A program made the translations under genes and the position numbers. A stretch of DNA of 64,000 bases, from NCBI GenBank assembly GCA_046563655.1, contig CM102289.1, positions 5,580,001-5,644,000 of the forward strand, written 5' to 3'. Below, one piece after another: positions 36,734 through 51,155 of the stretch. Each line of letters opens with the position of its first letter. The first letter of the stretch is position 1. A model generated the notes under the pieces. The model had not been told where the DNA came from. It saw only the letters and a program-made list of their open reading frames with translations, and did no database searches. The DNA comes from Yuukianura sp. NJ FZ-2021 (Eukaryota).

Positions 36734-39700
36734 TTAAGTAATTGTGGATTCTCGGTTAGACGGACTTTGAGCTTCCCGTGCTTGTAATCGCTCCATGATT
36801 TCAGAAGCGGTGTGAATAAACTCCGACAAAGCGATTTCAATTACTTGAACTCGTTCTTGTAGACTGCATTTGAAAAAACGAGTTGAACAATTTTTCAAAA
36901 TAACTTTCAAAAGTATTTTATGGAATACCCAGAATAATCTTGTGACGATTGGGGTCCAAATTGTGACATCCGACTAGTTTGTCTTCGAAGTACGCTGACT
37001 CTGTTGTCTGATGCATTGTGGTAATGGGTCTCTCCTTCATCTAAAATTGTTTCTCCTTCCAAATCATGCAAAACTTGTTGAGTTTCATCCTCATTTAGAG
37101 TTCGATCTTGGTCCAAATCAAAACGTGCCAAAAATAATTCAATTTCAATATCCGTAAATCCGGAACTAAAATTTCACGAAACACAAATCTTAGATTTTTT
37201 TTTCAATCGAATGAGAATTTCAAGAAACTAACCGTATTAAATTGGCACGAAGTTCGTCATAACTAATTTGTCCATCGGCTGCTGCCAATTTAATTGAAGC
37301 CTCCGCATCTACTTTTGTATTTCGTGTACCGATTTTTCCTTTGATGTTGTTGCCCCATCTTTTGAAGTAGTCTGCAATTTCAAATTCATTTCGCTGAGCT
37401 TGAATTTCAGCTTTGACTTCACTGTAAGTGTCGTTGATGATGGCCAAAAACATGTTCTAAAAATTATAACACCATTACAAAATCTTTAAAAGATCTAAAA
37501 TATGAAATATTAAAATTAATACTGCTTACCAGCAAAACAAAAAAGACAAAGAAGACGTAGGCAAGAAAGAAAATTGGACCGAGGGCTCGGTTTGCGGCTT
37601 CAATTTGTCGAAAATTGAAATCTCCAAGGATGAGTCGCAACAGAGTAAATGTAGCATTGACAAATGTACTAAAATCTTCAACCTAACAAGAACAAACCAA
37701 AAGTCATCAAAACAATCAAATCAAACGGCGACATCAAAATTTAAGTTATATTTTAGATTATTTTTGGAGATCTTCACCTGGGATCCAAACAGCAAGTAAC
37801 CCAATTGCGCAAACGCAAAGAATACAATGAAGAACATGATTGCAAATCCTCCGATGTCTTTGGCACACTGTCGAACACAAAAATCATCAAGTTAGGCTAC
37901 CGGATTAGGTTCATTAGGTTAACGTGGCACAAAACCTACCCTTGACAAGGTACTGGACAGTTGCGTCATTGTTTTGTTGAAAGAAATGTATTTGAAGACT
38001 TTGACCCACGAGAAAAAGAGACAAACGGAAACTGCGTGGTTGAACTGCGTCTCCCAGTATCCCAAAAATTCAAAATTGTGAAACTCGTTGGAATCCTTGG
38101 TGAGGTCATTCAATGTATCTTCAACCAGGAAGTAGCGATAGATGCTGAATGCAATGCATAGAAACGAAGTCTGGAAACAAAACATTTTAAGAATTTTAAG
38201 GACTTTTCAAATGATGAATGGTGATTTTGAATTGTTGCGTACAATAAGAATGGTGACATCAAGCCAAGTCCAAGGGTCAAGGATATAAGCTGGACACCCC
38301 AAGTGACACATCTCAACCAACTCTTGGATCAAGTAGTACAGTGTGAAAACGATGAAAAGAATTTCAGCAGGAAGAACAATGTACAACTCAATCCAAGTTT
38401 TGTAACGAATCAGTTTTACAGTTCGAAGTGTATATGATGTCATCACGCCTCCTGTCGCTGGAAATTCCCAAACAAGCCTGAAACCAATATTTGACAAGTT
38501 TAAAAAATTGTTTATATGAAGTTTTTTTTAAAAGCATTTGAGCATTTTAAGAAAATTCTTACTTGACCACACAGAACAAGTTGATGTTGGCATTGTAAAC
38601 TGTAAAATCCAGAAACACTGCACGAGTTGCTCTCGTAATCCACAAATTCTGCTTGAGTTGTTTCATTCTCTGTTTGGAACTGGCATAGTCTCGTTCTAAA
38701 TTTCGAACACCGCCGTTTCCAGTGTACCACGACAAGTGACCCCAATGCCAGCTACCGGAACTTCCTTCTCTGTAGGTCCATCTATTCAAACACGAAAAAA
38801 AATCAGAAGAACTAAATGTTTCCTAAAAATCTGTGAACAATCTTCATTTTTATGAACAAACAACTCACGCTGCTGCGATTTCCTGAGCTGAGGTTTGGTT
38901 CAGTTGTGGAAAGTCTACCCATTTATTGGTTCCATTGCTTCCTGTGTCTTCAACATCAAAACTGTACTCTGGGTAGCATTGACGATGCAATTGGCGGAAG
39001 TTGTCAGCTACCGGGCAACTAGCTGGCTTCACCCGAATCTAAAGCAGCAGTAGGAGTAACAAATTGGATTAATAAGTTAATTTAAGAATAAAAAATATTT
39101 CAAATGCAGTTACTTGTCGTAGACGCGGAAGACCCATGAGTTGATTTTCGTATAAAATTCCAAACTTCTTTTCCTCGGCAGTTATGAGTTCTTGGATAAA
39201 CAAGTTTTTCAAATTGGTTTTGTCAGCACCCGCAGCTCCGTACCAATTTTCCCAGTAAAGTCCTTCCAGCATCGGTCCTTCGACGTACTAAAATCAAAAA
39301 AATTCAACGTTAATTCTGGCAACTATGAATGGCTTCAAAAATCTGCTTGCTCTTACATTCCAAAAGTCACGAACGTCAGTAGACGTTTCAAACGTTTTTG
39401 AGTCATCCGCGTCTACATCAGATTCACGCGTTACAGCTTTGTCCACAAACAAATCTCGCATCACTTTAGTGTAATAGTAGCTTGACGCCGAATGATTGAC
39501 AAACACCACTGGAAATTAAACAAAATTTCAAGCACAGAAACAACGAAGAGTCAAAAAAAAGTCTTACTCGTGCAGAAAGTTGCCAAGTAGAACGTGTAGA
39601 TGATGAGTTCACGAACAGAGTACTTGACATAAAGTTCTCGGTTTCCTTTGGATGCTAGTTGGCGCGTGGCAAATATTGCTAAATGTCAAAACATCAAATA

Positions 39701-40041
39701 AATAAGATCAACTATATTTTGAAATACTAAAGTGTTCAAAGCTCAAAAAAATTACACATGAAGCAGTTGGCATTTTGGACAGGTTGAGTCGATTGACGCT
39801 GAAATTGGACTGCAGGGACTTGGGCAAAACTTGGTGACGCTGATGGACGCGGTGGAATTGGTTCAAAGTGTGACAATCGCTGAGTCTGACGAAATTCTGG
39901 AACGTGTGCGGAATCAGCGCTCTTTTGACGTACCAAGGCATGCTGATCCCAAGAAACGCTTTGTTTTCCTTTTTGAACTTTGTGATCGTCAACCGATGAC
40001 TCGGGGATGTCACCGTCGTCGCCGTGTTGAGAAACCGCCAT
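36734..40041 (-). CDS. PKD2: Polycystin-2 / TRPP channel, multi-exon
   Basis: [78 protein letters not shown]-hand [14 protein letters not shown]-terminal coiled coil. Stop 36734-36736. Confidence 0.92.
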
Positions 40042-40380
40042 GATTCAAAACTGGTTACTTTGCTTGTGCAAACAGCCTCTTCACTTTTTTTAGTATCTTT
40101 TGCTGTACTAATAAAATAGGAAACTTCGCTAAGTTTGTTTAGTTTACAGAAAATGCAGAAGGGAAACGCAAGTCATAAATAGTACCGCATTCGTTGTCAC
40201 AACAACAAAAATAAAAACGAAATTACCGAGAAAGAAAAATGAAGTCCAAGAGTTATCCTTCCTGCCTCTTTTACTTCGTTCCAAACATTATTAGAGGTTT
40301 AAAGTTTCACTCCGCTGAAAAGTCACTAACATTTGCCTACAAGGGTAATGAATGACGACGTTCTTAATAGACGTTAATAA

Positions 40381-41594
40381 TTAATAGACGTAGCACCGTG
40401 TAGGATCATAGTTCAATTGTTTTAAGATGTCTTGACAAGAATGCACCATGGGAGTTGGACCACAAAGTAATTGAATTCCGTCTGGAGAAGGCGGTAAAAG
40501 ATGATCTTGAAACATTTCCTTGTTGACGCGACCACGTCCGTTTGACCAACCTTCGGAAAAATTACTTCTTTAAATAGTAATTGAATTTTGTGGCAGTGAA
40601 ATTCTAATACACAAGTACCTGTTGGTGGTTGACTGAGGGTATACCAGATTTTCAGATTCTGCGGATGCGCTTTAGAAATTTCTTCAATATAATTCCGACA
40701 AAGAATATCATCTTCAGTTTGATTTGCGTAAATTAAAGAGACAACGGTGTTGCATTGCAGACTGGCTTCACCGGTAAATACAGCATTGAGAATTTGCAAC
40801 ATTGGTGTAATTCCGCTTCCTCCTAAGAAATACATGGAGACCAATTATTGTCTTAGGAGCCTGGTATTAGATGTTGTCGTACAAAAAGGTTTTTTAACCT
40901 GCAATCATATTTATTTGATTCGCTGTAAGAATTCTAGGTGGTGATTTTTTGTTTTCTCGAATTGTAAATTCAGCTGTCGTAGGATTGTAAACCTAAGAAT
41001 TTAGTTAACCGTCAGCACAGCAGTGGCATCAAAAATTGCTAAAGCTTCACAGTGTTACCATATGACCAGCGGGTCCTCTGACGTGTACGCTGTCCCCAAG
41101 GTTCATATTGTTCAGAAATTGCGACATTTTGCCCCCGTTTGGAAAGTTTGGATGTGTATCTTTAAAATATACCTTTAAAAAAAACAAGAATGAGTTTCTG
41201 CCACATAATTATCACCAAGATTAAACGAAGCTTGGTGAGACCTATAGTACACAACGTGTACCTTAATTATAAGATCCATGTAACCAATGTCACGATTTGT
41301 GCTGACTGGAGAGTATGTTCGGACGACCACTGATCCATTCACAACTGCAGATAGATTGATGTGTTGTCCAGGGGTCAGTCCCAAGCAAGTGTTTTCTGGT
41401 AAACGAAATCTAAAGCGGCGAGTGTTATGCGAAATAACAACTTTGTCAATTAACTGAACTTCATGCTTAATATTCGGATCCACAAGTAGTCGCGAAGGAC
41501 CTTGTCGACGACCACGGAAATAGTAGTAGCATGTCAAAAGGCCCGTTGTAATTGCAATTGAGAGACCAGCCATTACTTGAGCTTGCGTTGCCAT
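40381..41594 (-). CDS. CYB5R: NADH-cytochrome b5 reductase
   Basis: [57 protein letters not shown]. Stop 40381-40383. Confidence 0.92.
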
Positions 41595-42383
41595 AATAAG
41601 CGCCAGTTTTCGAACACTTTACAATTCGTTCCTTGAATTTTGAGTATAAAATCCTAGAACCAACATATATACCACTTTATACTTCCTAATTTATAACTAA
41701 TTCGCAATAGTATTTTTTGGTATTTGAAAAAAATTGGAAATGTAAAACTTACAAGTAATTGAGCTTTGCTTACCAAGTTTGTTTGACCCGATTTATTTAA
41801 GTTGGAGTCCAGCTGAAAATGGGCTATTAAGATGTTAATATTATGAATTACTGAATTACTAATTAGTAATTTCGGCTTAAGCCAAATGTGTTCCTAATCC
41901 TACTAAACTTTAAATAGCTTATACTCACGCCCCACTACGAACCATATTTTGCTGTTTTTGATCGTTAAGTCGAGGTTACAGCACAGGTACTGCTAAAGCA
42001 CAGTACACAGTACAGTTTGAAAGTCATAATTATTTTAACAACTAATCTTACAGTGACTGACAATGCAAACGAAATGGGCGGCAGCTGATCACGTAAATAA
42101 CCTGGTCGGACTAACAGCCATGCACCTAACTCGTATATGCACAAATTCCCTAACTAATAATATATTATAATATGATATTATTATATTTATAAAATAGACA
42201 ATGAAATTCATCGAACGCGAAACAATCAACTTGAAAAGTAGGTATTATATCCTAATTGTATTTTTCAAAGAAGAAACATCCACGGTCAGTTATCAGAAAG
42301 AGAAAGTAAGTAAATCATTTAGTAATAAAATTAGTTAATTCTAAGTAGTATGTGATATTATCGTGATAAGTTTTTCAATTTAT

Positions 42384-44707
42384 TTAGTCCAGTGTTTTTG
42401 AAATCAAAATTCCCTTCATGGCGTAATAAAGTACTTTCGTAATAATTCTTAAACTGTTTGGCTTTTTGTAGTAACCAAATTCACTAAGCTCCACACTCAG
42501 CGGTCGCAACGCTTTAGCTTCAAGTCGCAAGAGCAATTTTTGGTGCGCATGAGCCGGTCCAAATCCTATGGAGGGAGTTCGGTGTCAAAATTATTTTAAA
42601 GTTTCGCGCGTTAAAACATGTTCCGCCAATTAAAAACTAACGTTTTCGCGTATTACTTTAATGCGCGAAAACTTTTTTTAATTGCAGTAATTTTAAATTG
42701 CAGAAAAATTTTAAACGGGAAAAAGTCTAAGCGTACGTTAACGGAACGTACGCTTAGGAAACGTACGCTTAGGAAACGTACGCTTAGAAAACTTACGCTT
42801 AGAATGCATGTCCAATAGAAATCACATTACCAGAACTGATCAGAATTAGTATTCTGTAAATTATTATTTATTGTCTATTATTATTTATTACCTATTGTAA
42901 ACTATAAAACACTTCATTTCTCATATGCTTTGTAAGGTTTTCAAAAATGTGTAGCCCCATACAGTGTTGCTGGATATCCAGTTTTTTGACATTGCGTCCA
43001 CGGCTGGATATCCACAGGAAGAAATGGACGAATCCAGAGGGGTGGAGCTTTGCCCGCGGGGTTTGAAATACTTAAATCCAAAAAACTTAAGGAATTCAAA
43101 ATACCGTACAAAAACCAAGGAAATGTCGTTTTTGTAAGAGTTTTAAATAAATGCTTAATTTTAGCAATAAAAGAAACCCTTTTAAAATAAAATAAAAGAA
43201 AAAGATCCAATAACAATAAATAATAATTTACAGAATACTAATTCTGATCAGTTCTGGTAATGTGATTTCTATTGGACATGCATTCTAAGCGTAAGTTTTC
43301 TAAGCGTACGTTCCCTAAGCGTACGTTTCCTAAGCGTACGTTTCCTAAGCGTACGTTCCGTTAACGTACGCTTAGACTTTTTCCCGTTTAAAATTTTTCT
43401 GCAATTTAAAATTACTGCAATTAAAAAAAGTTTTCGCGCATTAAAGTAATACGCGAAAACGTTAGTTTTTAATTGGCGGAACATGTTTTAACGCGCGAAA
43501 CTTTAAAATAATTTTGACACCGAACTCCCTCCATAAAATCCAACTTTGGCGCTTCTGCGAATTTTTGCAATGATTTTAGTGGAACAGTCGTTGACATCTC
43601 CAAATCTGTAGTACGTTAACACAAGAAATGCCCCAGAAAATACCATAATAAGAGCCGTAGCAACAGCCGTTGCGTAGTCCAGTCGATTGTGGTACCCAAT
43701 GTAGACGACGAGACAGACAACATTGATGGACACCGCCCCATTGTTGGTCAACATCAGCAGGTAGTCCCGAGTCACCTCATTAAATAAGATCAAATCGATG
43801 TACAGTTGGCGGTAGTTGAGAATCAGCGTACCAAGGCCACTGGGAGAACCGAAGTCCTCCATTTTCAACGACTTGAGGACAAAGTTTGTCCAAAATGTAA
43901 AGACCAAACATAATGCGCCGGCTTGCACGACGCAGGAGCAAAAACTCAGAACGACGTAAAATTGGACCAAACAGCGCATCACGCTGATCAATGGTGATGG
44001 AACACATGAAAATATTGGGATCAATGACGCCACAAAAAGCGACATTTGCATGGAATACTGCAGCAACATGACGCTGAATCCCAGTGACCCATTGATGGCG
44101 GTTATTACGAGCAGGACGACGAAGAATTTGCAGTAAAATTGCCAGTTATATTCACAGTGACCTCCACTTTCATCTTTCCTTTGTTTAACTTTCAACTTTT
44201 CTATAAAAAAAAAACAGTTATGAATTTGAAAAAATTGATTTATTATTAATATTAATTATATTATTATTATTATACAGTATTTTGTGAACGACAAAACTAA
44301 CCTACCTATGCATGCCTTAACTTGGAACCCAAAACAAGATCATTTAAAAAAAACTTACCGCTTTGCAACATGTAATTTTCCAAAATCCTGTTTATGTTGT
44401 TTAAGCTCCTTGATTCAAATAGTAAAAATGTGATGTGGACAACATACGAGAGTAACATTATGAGACAGTAGATGACCTTTAGAAGCTGGATGAGCAACGC
44501 GTCCTTCGGTTCACCTAGAACAGAGGTCACGAAGGTCGTGAGAACGTAGACGAGGTGAATTGTGTGGTAGAATTTGGTCCACTGCCAGTGAAACGAGCCA
44601 GAGTAGGTGAGACGCCTACGTTCATGGTCCCACAAATAAGGCGTTTGACCGAAAACATTAGTCCAGAAGCTAATTACGTACAATAAGTTCGACAATGCGT
44701 TATCCAT
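42384..44707 (-). pseudogene. Chemoreceptor-like (GR/OR superfamily) 7TM gene interrupted by a TIR element
   Basis: Paralogous to the two neighbouring genes. Removing 42567-43535 and one TSD copy restores KVGFGPAH...LSVELSEFGYYKKPNSLRIITKVLYYAMKGILISKTLD* (stop 42384-42386). Confidence 0.85.
42567..43535. mobile_element. 969-bp non-autonomous DNA transposon with ~310-bp TIRs and 6-bp TSD (IS3EU-like termini)
   Basis: TIRs 42567-42874 and 43213-43535 begin TATGGAGGGAG and end CTCCCTCCATA. TSD AAATCC at 42561-42566 and 43536-43541. Internal 15-bp tandem unit ACGTACGCTTAGGAA. Confidence 0.92.
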
Positions 44708-45210
44708 ACCTTTTGTTCAAGCTTTCCAACGAAATCAACGAAAAAAATCCTTACTCTCAACTTTCAGTAACTTGAACGAATTTATTGCTTTGAAAAGAAA
44801 TTTGAACCGGAAAAATTTAGTTACGAAATTCTATTTTGTAGTATCGGCGAATCCCAATCTAAAAATATTGAAAAATTAACAAACCCCGGAATTTGAAAGC
44901 ACAGAAACGCCCATAATTTCGAGAGACGAATCCAAACTATAAAGTAATTTTTTTTGGGCCAAAATCTCATTTTAAATTTATGTGCAGACTCAAACAATAA
45001 CAACTATATGGAGGTCCGTCGTTTGGATAGTTAAAAAAATCTAAAAGAACTTAAACTACAATTGAAAAAAAAAAACTTTGAAAAACAACAAAAAAACAAT
45101 CGAACACCTAGTAGGATATAATAAAGCCTTTAACAAACTTATGCGCAGCATTTATTATTCTAATCCACAAAATTGTTGTTGTTAATCTAATATTCTGCCT
45201 ATTTCAGTTT

Positions 45211-46531
45211 TTAGTAAATTTTCTTTGAAATCATAATTCCTTTGAGCGCATAAAACAGCAATTTTGAAATTATTCTCAAACTGTTTGGTTTTTTGAAGTA
45301 TCCAAAGTCTCCCAAATCTATTCGCAGGGGCACGAGACTCCGAGCTACCATTCCAACTCGTACTTTTTCAAATTGGCTCCTACCACGCGCTTCGGTTTTG
45401 ACGCTGCGCCGAATCCGTCCAATAATTTTGATCGAGGCGTCGTTGATATCTCCGAAGCGATAATACATCATTACCAGGAACACAGCCGACACGATGGTTG
45501 CACAAACCGAACTTGCGGCAGCCTCAAAGGTCAATTGGTCATGATAACCAATATAAATGACCAAGCAAACGACGTTGACATAGATGGTCATGTTAATGAT
45601 CAGGATCATAAGGTAGTCTCGACTGAACTCGTTGATCAGGATGACGCCAATTGACATTGACCTGTACTGAACTATCATCCAACAAATGTCTTTGTATGAC
45701 GTCAATTTTACTTTTTTCAAAAAGTAAAGAATCCACTGACTCCAAAAAATGAAGACGCAAATTATCGTTGCTATTTCAACTATACCGGAAAGTAAAGTAA
45801 ATGCAATGGCAAATTGGGCAGTGAATTGCAAAAGTGAGTGGAACCATTTTGGAAATATGAATTGAGGAATAAGCGATGCAACGAAAGGTGACAATTGCCT
45901 AGGGTACTTGAAGACCAAAATGCTGACTCCAAAGGCCGTAGTAAAACAACCCGTCTGAGCGAGAGTTATCATGAATTTGGAATAAAGTTGCCAGTTTGGA
46001 GCATAGTTGTGCAGTGCGTATAGTATGGCGTCTTCGTTTGCTTGAATTGAATCTGCAATAAAACATAGCATCAATATCACATAAAATTTCCAATTCGAAA
46101 CAAGCGAATTTTCCAATTTTACAAAGTGCTAATGTGAGTACCCTAAATTGCCATACAAGACAAGAAATTGAATTTTTTTTACCGCTTAAAATTTGAAACT
46201 GGTCCAATACTCTGTTGATGTTGTTCAAAAATCGAGTTCCAAAGAATAGAAACAGGGTGTGTATGACGAATGCTATTGAAATGGCGATGCAGTACATGAC
46301 CTTGAGTAGCACTAGCATAAGGCCATCTTTCGGATGTAGCACAAGAGACCCAATAAACGCTGTCCACATGTAGAAAAAGTGAACAGTGTGACAAATTTTG
46401 TTCGCCCGCCATTTGAGCGTATTTGAATAAAAAAGTCGCCGTTGTTTGAAATTCCACAAATAAGGCGACTGTCCACACTTATGAGCAGTGAGGCAAACCA
46501 AGTAAATGATTTGCGACAAGTCGTTGTTCAT
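45211..46531 (-). CDS. Chemoreceptor-like 7TM protein (insect GR/OR superfamily), 2 exons
   Basis: Multiple hydrophobic helices; C-terminus PLRIDLGDFGYFKKPNSLRIISKLLFYALKG resembles the OR/GR TM7 region; phase-1 intron after QILS. Confidence 0.75.
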
Positions 46532-46982
46532 GGCTTAGCGTCGGATAAACGCAAACGCAATTCTATGTATTCGCTTTTGAATGGTCTTCTCCATTTCTCG
46601 TATGAATTTTTTGTAAATTGTTTTTATGAAAAGTGCGGAACCAGAGCATTGTAAATACCAACGTCTTTAGTGAAGTAAATGAAGATTTCTTGATAATGAT
46701 TCAAAGTGGTTTACTACACGAAGTGTTTTTGAAAAATTCAGAACAATAATGAAATTTGTTGGGCGTGTCAAAAAAAAGTGTTTTTGATAAAAAAAATCGA
46801 TCCACTCAAAGTTTTGACACAGTAAGCATGACCTTGGAAAAATTTGACTGTTTCCTATTGGCACTTGTAGAATAAAGTGGATTTCCTTTATACATAGAAG
46901 ATTAATATCTAACAATTTACATTAAGTTGCCAAACTTTATATACCTAAAAATTATTCTTGTTCACCTAAATAAGTTGTCTTT

Positions 46983-48462
46983 TTAGTAAATTTTTTTCGA
47001 GATCATAATTCCTTTGAGTGCATAGAAAAGTAGTTTTGAAATTATCCTCAAACTGTTTGGTTTTTTATAGTAACCAAAGTCTCCCAAATCAATTCGGAGT
47101 GGCATTAGACTTCGAGCTACCATTCCAACTCTTAGTTTTTCAAATTGGCTCATACCACGCGTTTCCGTTCTGACACTGCGCCGAATCCGTCCTATAATTT
47201 TGATCGAAGCGTCGTTGATATCTCCGAAGCGATAGTACGTCACTACCAGCATGACTGCTGACAAAAGCGTAACGCAAGCTGAGGTGGTGGCAGCTTCAAG
47301 GCTCAGTTTATTGTGGTATCCAATGTAGATGATCAAGCAAACGACGTTAACGTAGATGAGCATATTGTTGGTCAAGATCAAAAGGTAGTCTCGAGTGACC
47401 TCGTTGGTTAGGATGATGCATATTGACATTGACCTGTATTGATCTAGCATCCAGCGAATGTCGTTGTATGATGACAATTTTACTTTTTTCAAAATGAATA
47501 GGATCCACTGATTCCAAAAAGTAAAGATGCCAATTAACGCTCCTGCTTCAACTATGATTGAAAGTAAATTTAAACCAATTGCAAATTGGACAGTAAATTG
47601 CAAAATTGAGTGGAACCATTTTGGTAACATGAATTGAGGAATAAGAGATGCAATGAAAGGTGACAATAGCCTAGGGTACTTAATGACCAGAATGCTAGCT
47701 CCTAGCGCCAGAGTAACGCAGCCCATCTGCACGAGCGTTATGAGCAATTTGAAGAAAAGTTGCCAGTTAGGAGCATGATTGAGCAATAGACGAGGAATGG
47801 CGCCCTCCTTTGCTTGAATTGAAGCTGCAACAAAGCAAAAACTTACAAACATAACTCTTAAGGCAGCGTATGTTGCCACATAGGTTTGGGTAGGCAGAAA
47901 AATTGGATGCCAAAGTTGCTACCAACGTGTAGCCACTTATTGTTACCATAAGAGAAAACCGGAGTGACTACACCTTTCGACTACAATGGTCGATAATCCA
48001 TTCCTTGACACATATTAGTAACTAGGTCCAGATCTCAAGGACAAAATCAATTTAGTTCTGTGGGGGTCTTTTTAGAAATCTACCGTAATAGTAAAGGTGG
48101 AAAAATGTTTTACCGCTTAAAATTTGAAAATGATCCAATCCTCGGTTGAAATTATTTAAAAATCGAGTTCCAAAAAATAAAAAGAGGGTGTGTCCAAGGA
48201 ATGATATTGAAATGCCGAGACAGTAAATTAGCTTGAGTAGTACCAACATGAAGTCATCCTTCGGATGTAGCAGAAGTGATCCAATAAAAGATGTCCACAT
48301 GAAGATGAAATGCATCGTATGATAAATCTTGTTCGCCCGCCATTGAAGTGTTATTGAATAAAAAAGGCGCCTTTGTTTGAAATTCCACAAGTATGGCGAC
48401 TGGCCACACTTATTAACAAATAGGCAAATGTGGTGGATGATTTGCGACAAGTCGTCATTCAT
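46983..48462 (-). CDS. Chemoreceptor-like 7TM protein, tandem paralog
   Basis: Highly similar to 45211-46531 (MNDDLSQII..GQSPYLW; RFGDINDASIKIIGRIRRS) with the same intron position. Confidence 0.75.
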
Positions 48463-49056
48463 AGCAAAGCGTAGGGTAAGAACTGAGAAAAAAATTTTGA
48501 GAACAAAACAATTTTAAGTATTCGTTTTTGATTAGCGTTTTTTTTTTCAAATACATTTTTAGAAGTAATTAGTATTTATGAAAAGTAGGAAACTAGAACC
48601 GTATCAATACCCAAGTATTCTTTTTAGCTTTGGAATAAATGGGGAGAAGCTTCCCTTTATATTGATTACTAAAAACGCCACAAAAGTCTCTAATAGACTT
48701 TTATGCCTTTTATAACTCATATTATACCTCGTTGGTTTGCAAATGAATTGGACTTGTTTAAATTATTTAAGAAATCAACTGGAGTGTTGTGAAAATTTAA
48801 AACAAAACGGGAATTTTGTGGGCGTCTAAAAACGTTTTAAAAAAATTATTTGTAGAACCTATTTTATTCCTTATTATCATAACCGTCAAAAGTAAAATGA
48901 ACAAGTGAATCAGAATGAATGCTTAAGGTTTTTGGATTATAAAATTTGTTAGAAGGTAAAAAAAAGTTAACATTAGGTTAAAACAAAATAAAAAGTTATA
49001 AAATATTGAAATTTTTGTTAAAAGTAAACAAATGTTGGGCAATCAATGCTTTGAAT

Positions 49057-51155
49057 TTATACATAACATGGAAGGAGGAGAGCGAAACTTGTTACAGCGC
49101 AAGTGAAAAATGCAATTCGATCAATGATGCATGCAAGTAGAATCCATTCGGCGTTGAGCATTGGTGATCTTACGGTAGTGTCGATGTCGACGAGTGTTGC
49201 GGAGTCTTCAGTATTTGACACTTCGGGTTCTAGACTGATGCCGTTCAACTCGGCTTCATATGGTCCTATTTGTTGCCGTTCAGGTTGTTGACCCCGTGTT
49301 GGTCCCATGTAACTTAACGGATTGTTGTCCGATTTCGGAACCTGTTTCAACAAAATCACCAAATTCGACATTTTTAGATTCAAATTTTTCAAAATAAATT
49401 GTCTTTTTTTTTAAAGTTTATAACCAGAATACTTACAAACGGAAGCATGTGGCTCAGACAAAGGTATTTGACATAACTAGGATTGGCCAAGAAAAAACGA
49501 CAGCATTGCGGAGGACTGTATGCTTTCCGTGTTCTGGACAAATTGAGTACAATGACGGCAATTATGAGGGAGCTGGTAACCATGCCCAAGTTAGCCAAGT
49601 ATACCACCACTAAATGTAATCAGAATTTGCCATTTAGTTTATCATTTCAATTAATCAAAATGTAGGTTTAAAACTTTACCAATAAGCGGTAGATGATCTC
49701 CGAGTGCGGGTATTTTCGATTCAAAATACAAGAGGAACATGCAGAGAATAAGGAATTGAGCCAATCCGATTGTTAGTTTTCCTCCATGAGTTGGTGGCAA
49801 CATCATACCTAGCAAGTATACAACGCAAATAACTGCAACAAAACAAAAAAAAACATTAGCAATTACGGTTCCAAAAAATACAAGAATTTCGTACAAGTAA
49901 TCGGGGTAAGAAAAATGGCAGTGTAAGCCGGCGAATTTCGCTTAAAAGTTATGGAAAATGTGAGGTCAATCCATGGTTCAGGGCAGCATCTATTATTAAA
50001 AAGTTCAAAATGTGAAATGATTTTTAATACATACTTCTAGCATAAAATTTTTATAATACTTTAATTATTTATGTATTATACTTGTAATCAATTACTTACG
50101 GGTAGAACATAGCATTCCGATCAACTGATGTTTCGATTAGAGTCCACTCCGAATTTTCGACATAACTGTAGGGCTGTAACGTATAGGTTCCATTGTCCGT
50201 AGTATCGTTCGAATACGACCAAAATTCCAGATCGACTTCCTGTCCATGGTGTGTCCACGATCCGAATTTGAGTTGACAAGTATGTTTGTCATGGGGCCAG
50301 AGCGTCATGCTCAAAGAACAATGAGCAGCAACACGAGCTGGTGGAACCCAGAGGACGGATCCATTGGCATAGACAATCACATGCGTGTCGGCGTAGTGCT
50401 CAATATCTGTGGGATAAGCACTGAAAAGAAAAATTAAAATAAAACACCAAAATTTTACAAAAAGTTTACAAATTGTGGAAAAAGTACAAAATTTCATACT
50501 TGTTGTACAACGTCAAGTCCGGTTTCCAAATTTCGTCAGGGCCAAAACGAAGAACCCAATCTGTCAACGTAGTTGCGTTGTAAGCCAAACGGGAGTCAGT
50601 CCAAGACTTAAAAAAAGTTTAAAAAATTTAACTTCTTTCCGAAAAGTTTAAATTTTCTTTGGCAATTCAAAAAATGTCAGGAACAAAATAGTGAAAATTA
50701 TCTTACCATGCGGACCCAAGCGTTAGCTATGAAGACCTGTTCTTCCATATCCTATGAGTCAATTTAACAGTTAGTTTTTTACACTATGTTATACAAACAT
50801 TAGCAAACCATTAAAATTAAATTTATAAAACCAAATGACTAAATTCATTAACAAAACAAAGTAAGTTACAAATTCCTAACCAGTGTAAAGTAGTTGAGTG
50901 TAAATCCAACGTTGACTTTGATTGGTTGGCCGTCGGTCCTTGGAGGTGGCATTTTCGCGTCATAATTTTCCAGCAACTTGGTTCGCATCCCGTCAGCCGT
51001 ATTAGCATCACCTAAAAAAAATAAAAAAATGCATAAAATTTAAAAAAAAAACGTGAATGTGAAAAAAGTCAGGTGAAATTTTGTATAAGCTTCGCACACG
51101 TTGGATTTAAAATCCAGGCCAAAGTACACAAAATCTTCAAAACTTTCTGAATCAT
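49057..51155 (-). CDS. Divergent nicotinic acetylcholine receptor alpha-type subunit
   Basis: IWKPDLTLYN, Cys-loop CSLSMTLWPHDKHTC, GSWTH, spliced loop C YPCCPEPW, TM4 EWILLACIIDR. Signal exon at 51155 is tentative. Confidence 0.85.

Noticed and set aside
40381..41594. Cytochrome b5 reductase as the cluster's P450 redox partner
   Set aside because: It is separated from the cluster by PKD2 and looks like an ordinary housekeeping gene; only proximity supports the link.
42618..43484. Twin ORFs MFRQLKTNV...RTLRKRTLRK and their 15-bp repeats as genes or a CRISPR array
   Set aside because: They are translations of the transposon TIRs, and the repeats are head-to-tail with no spacers.
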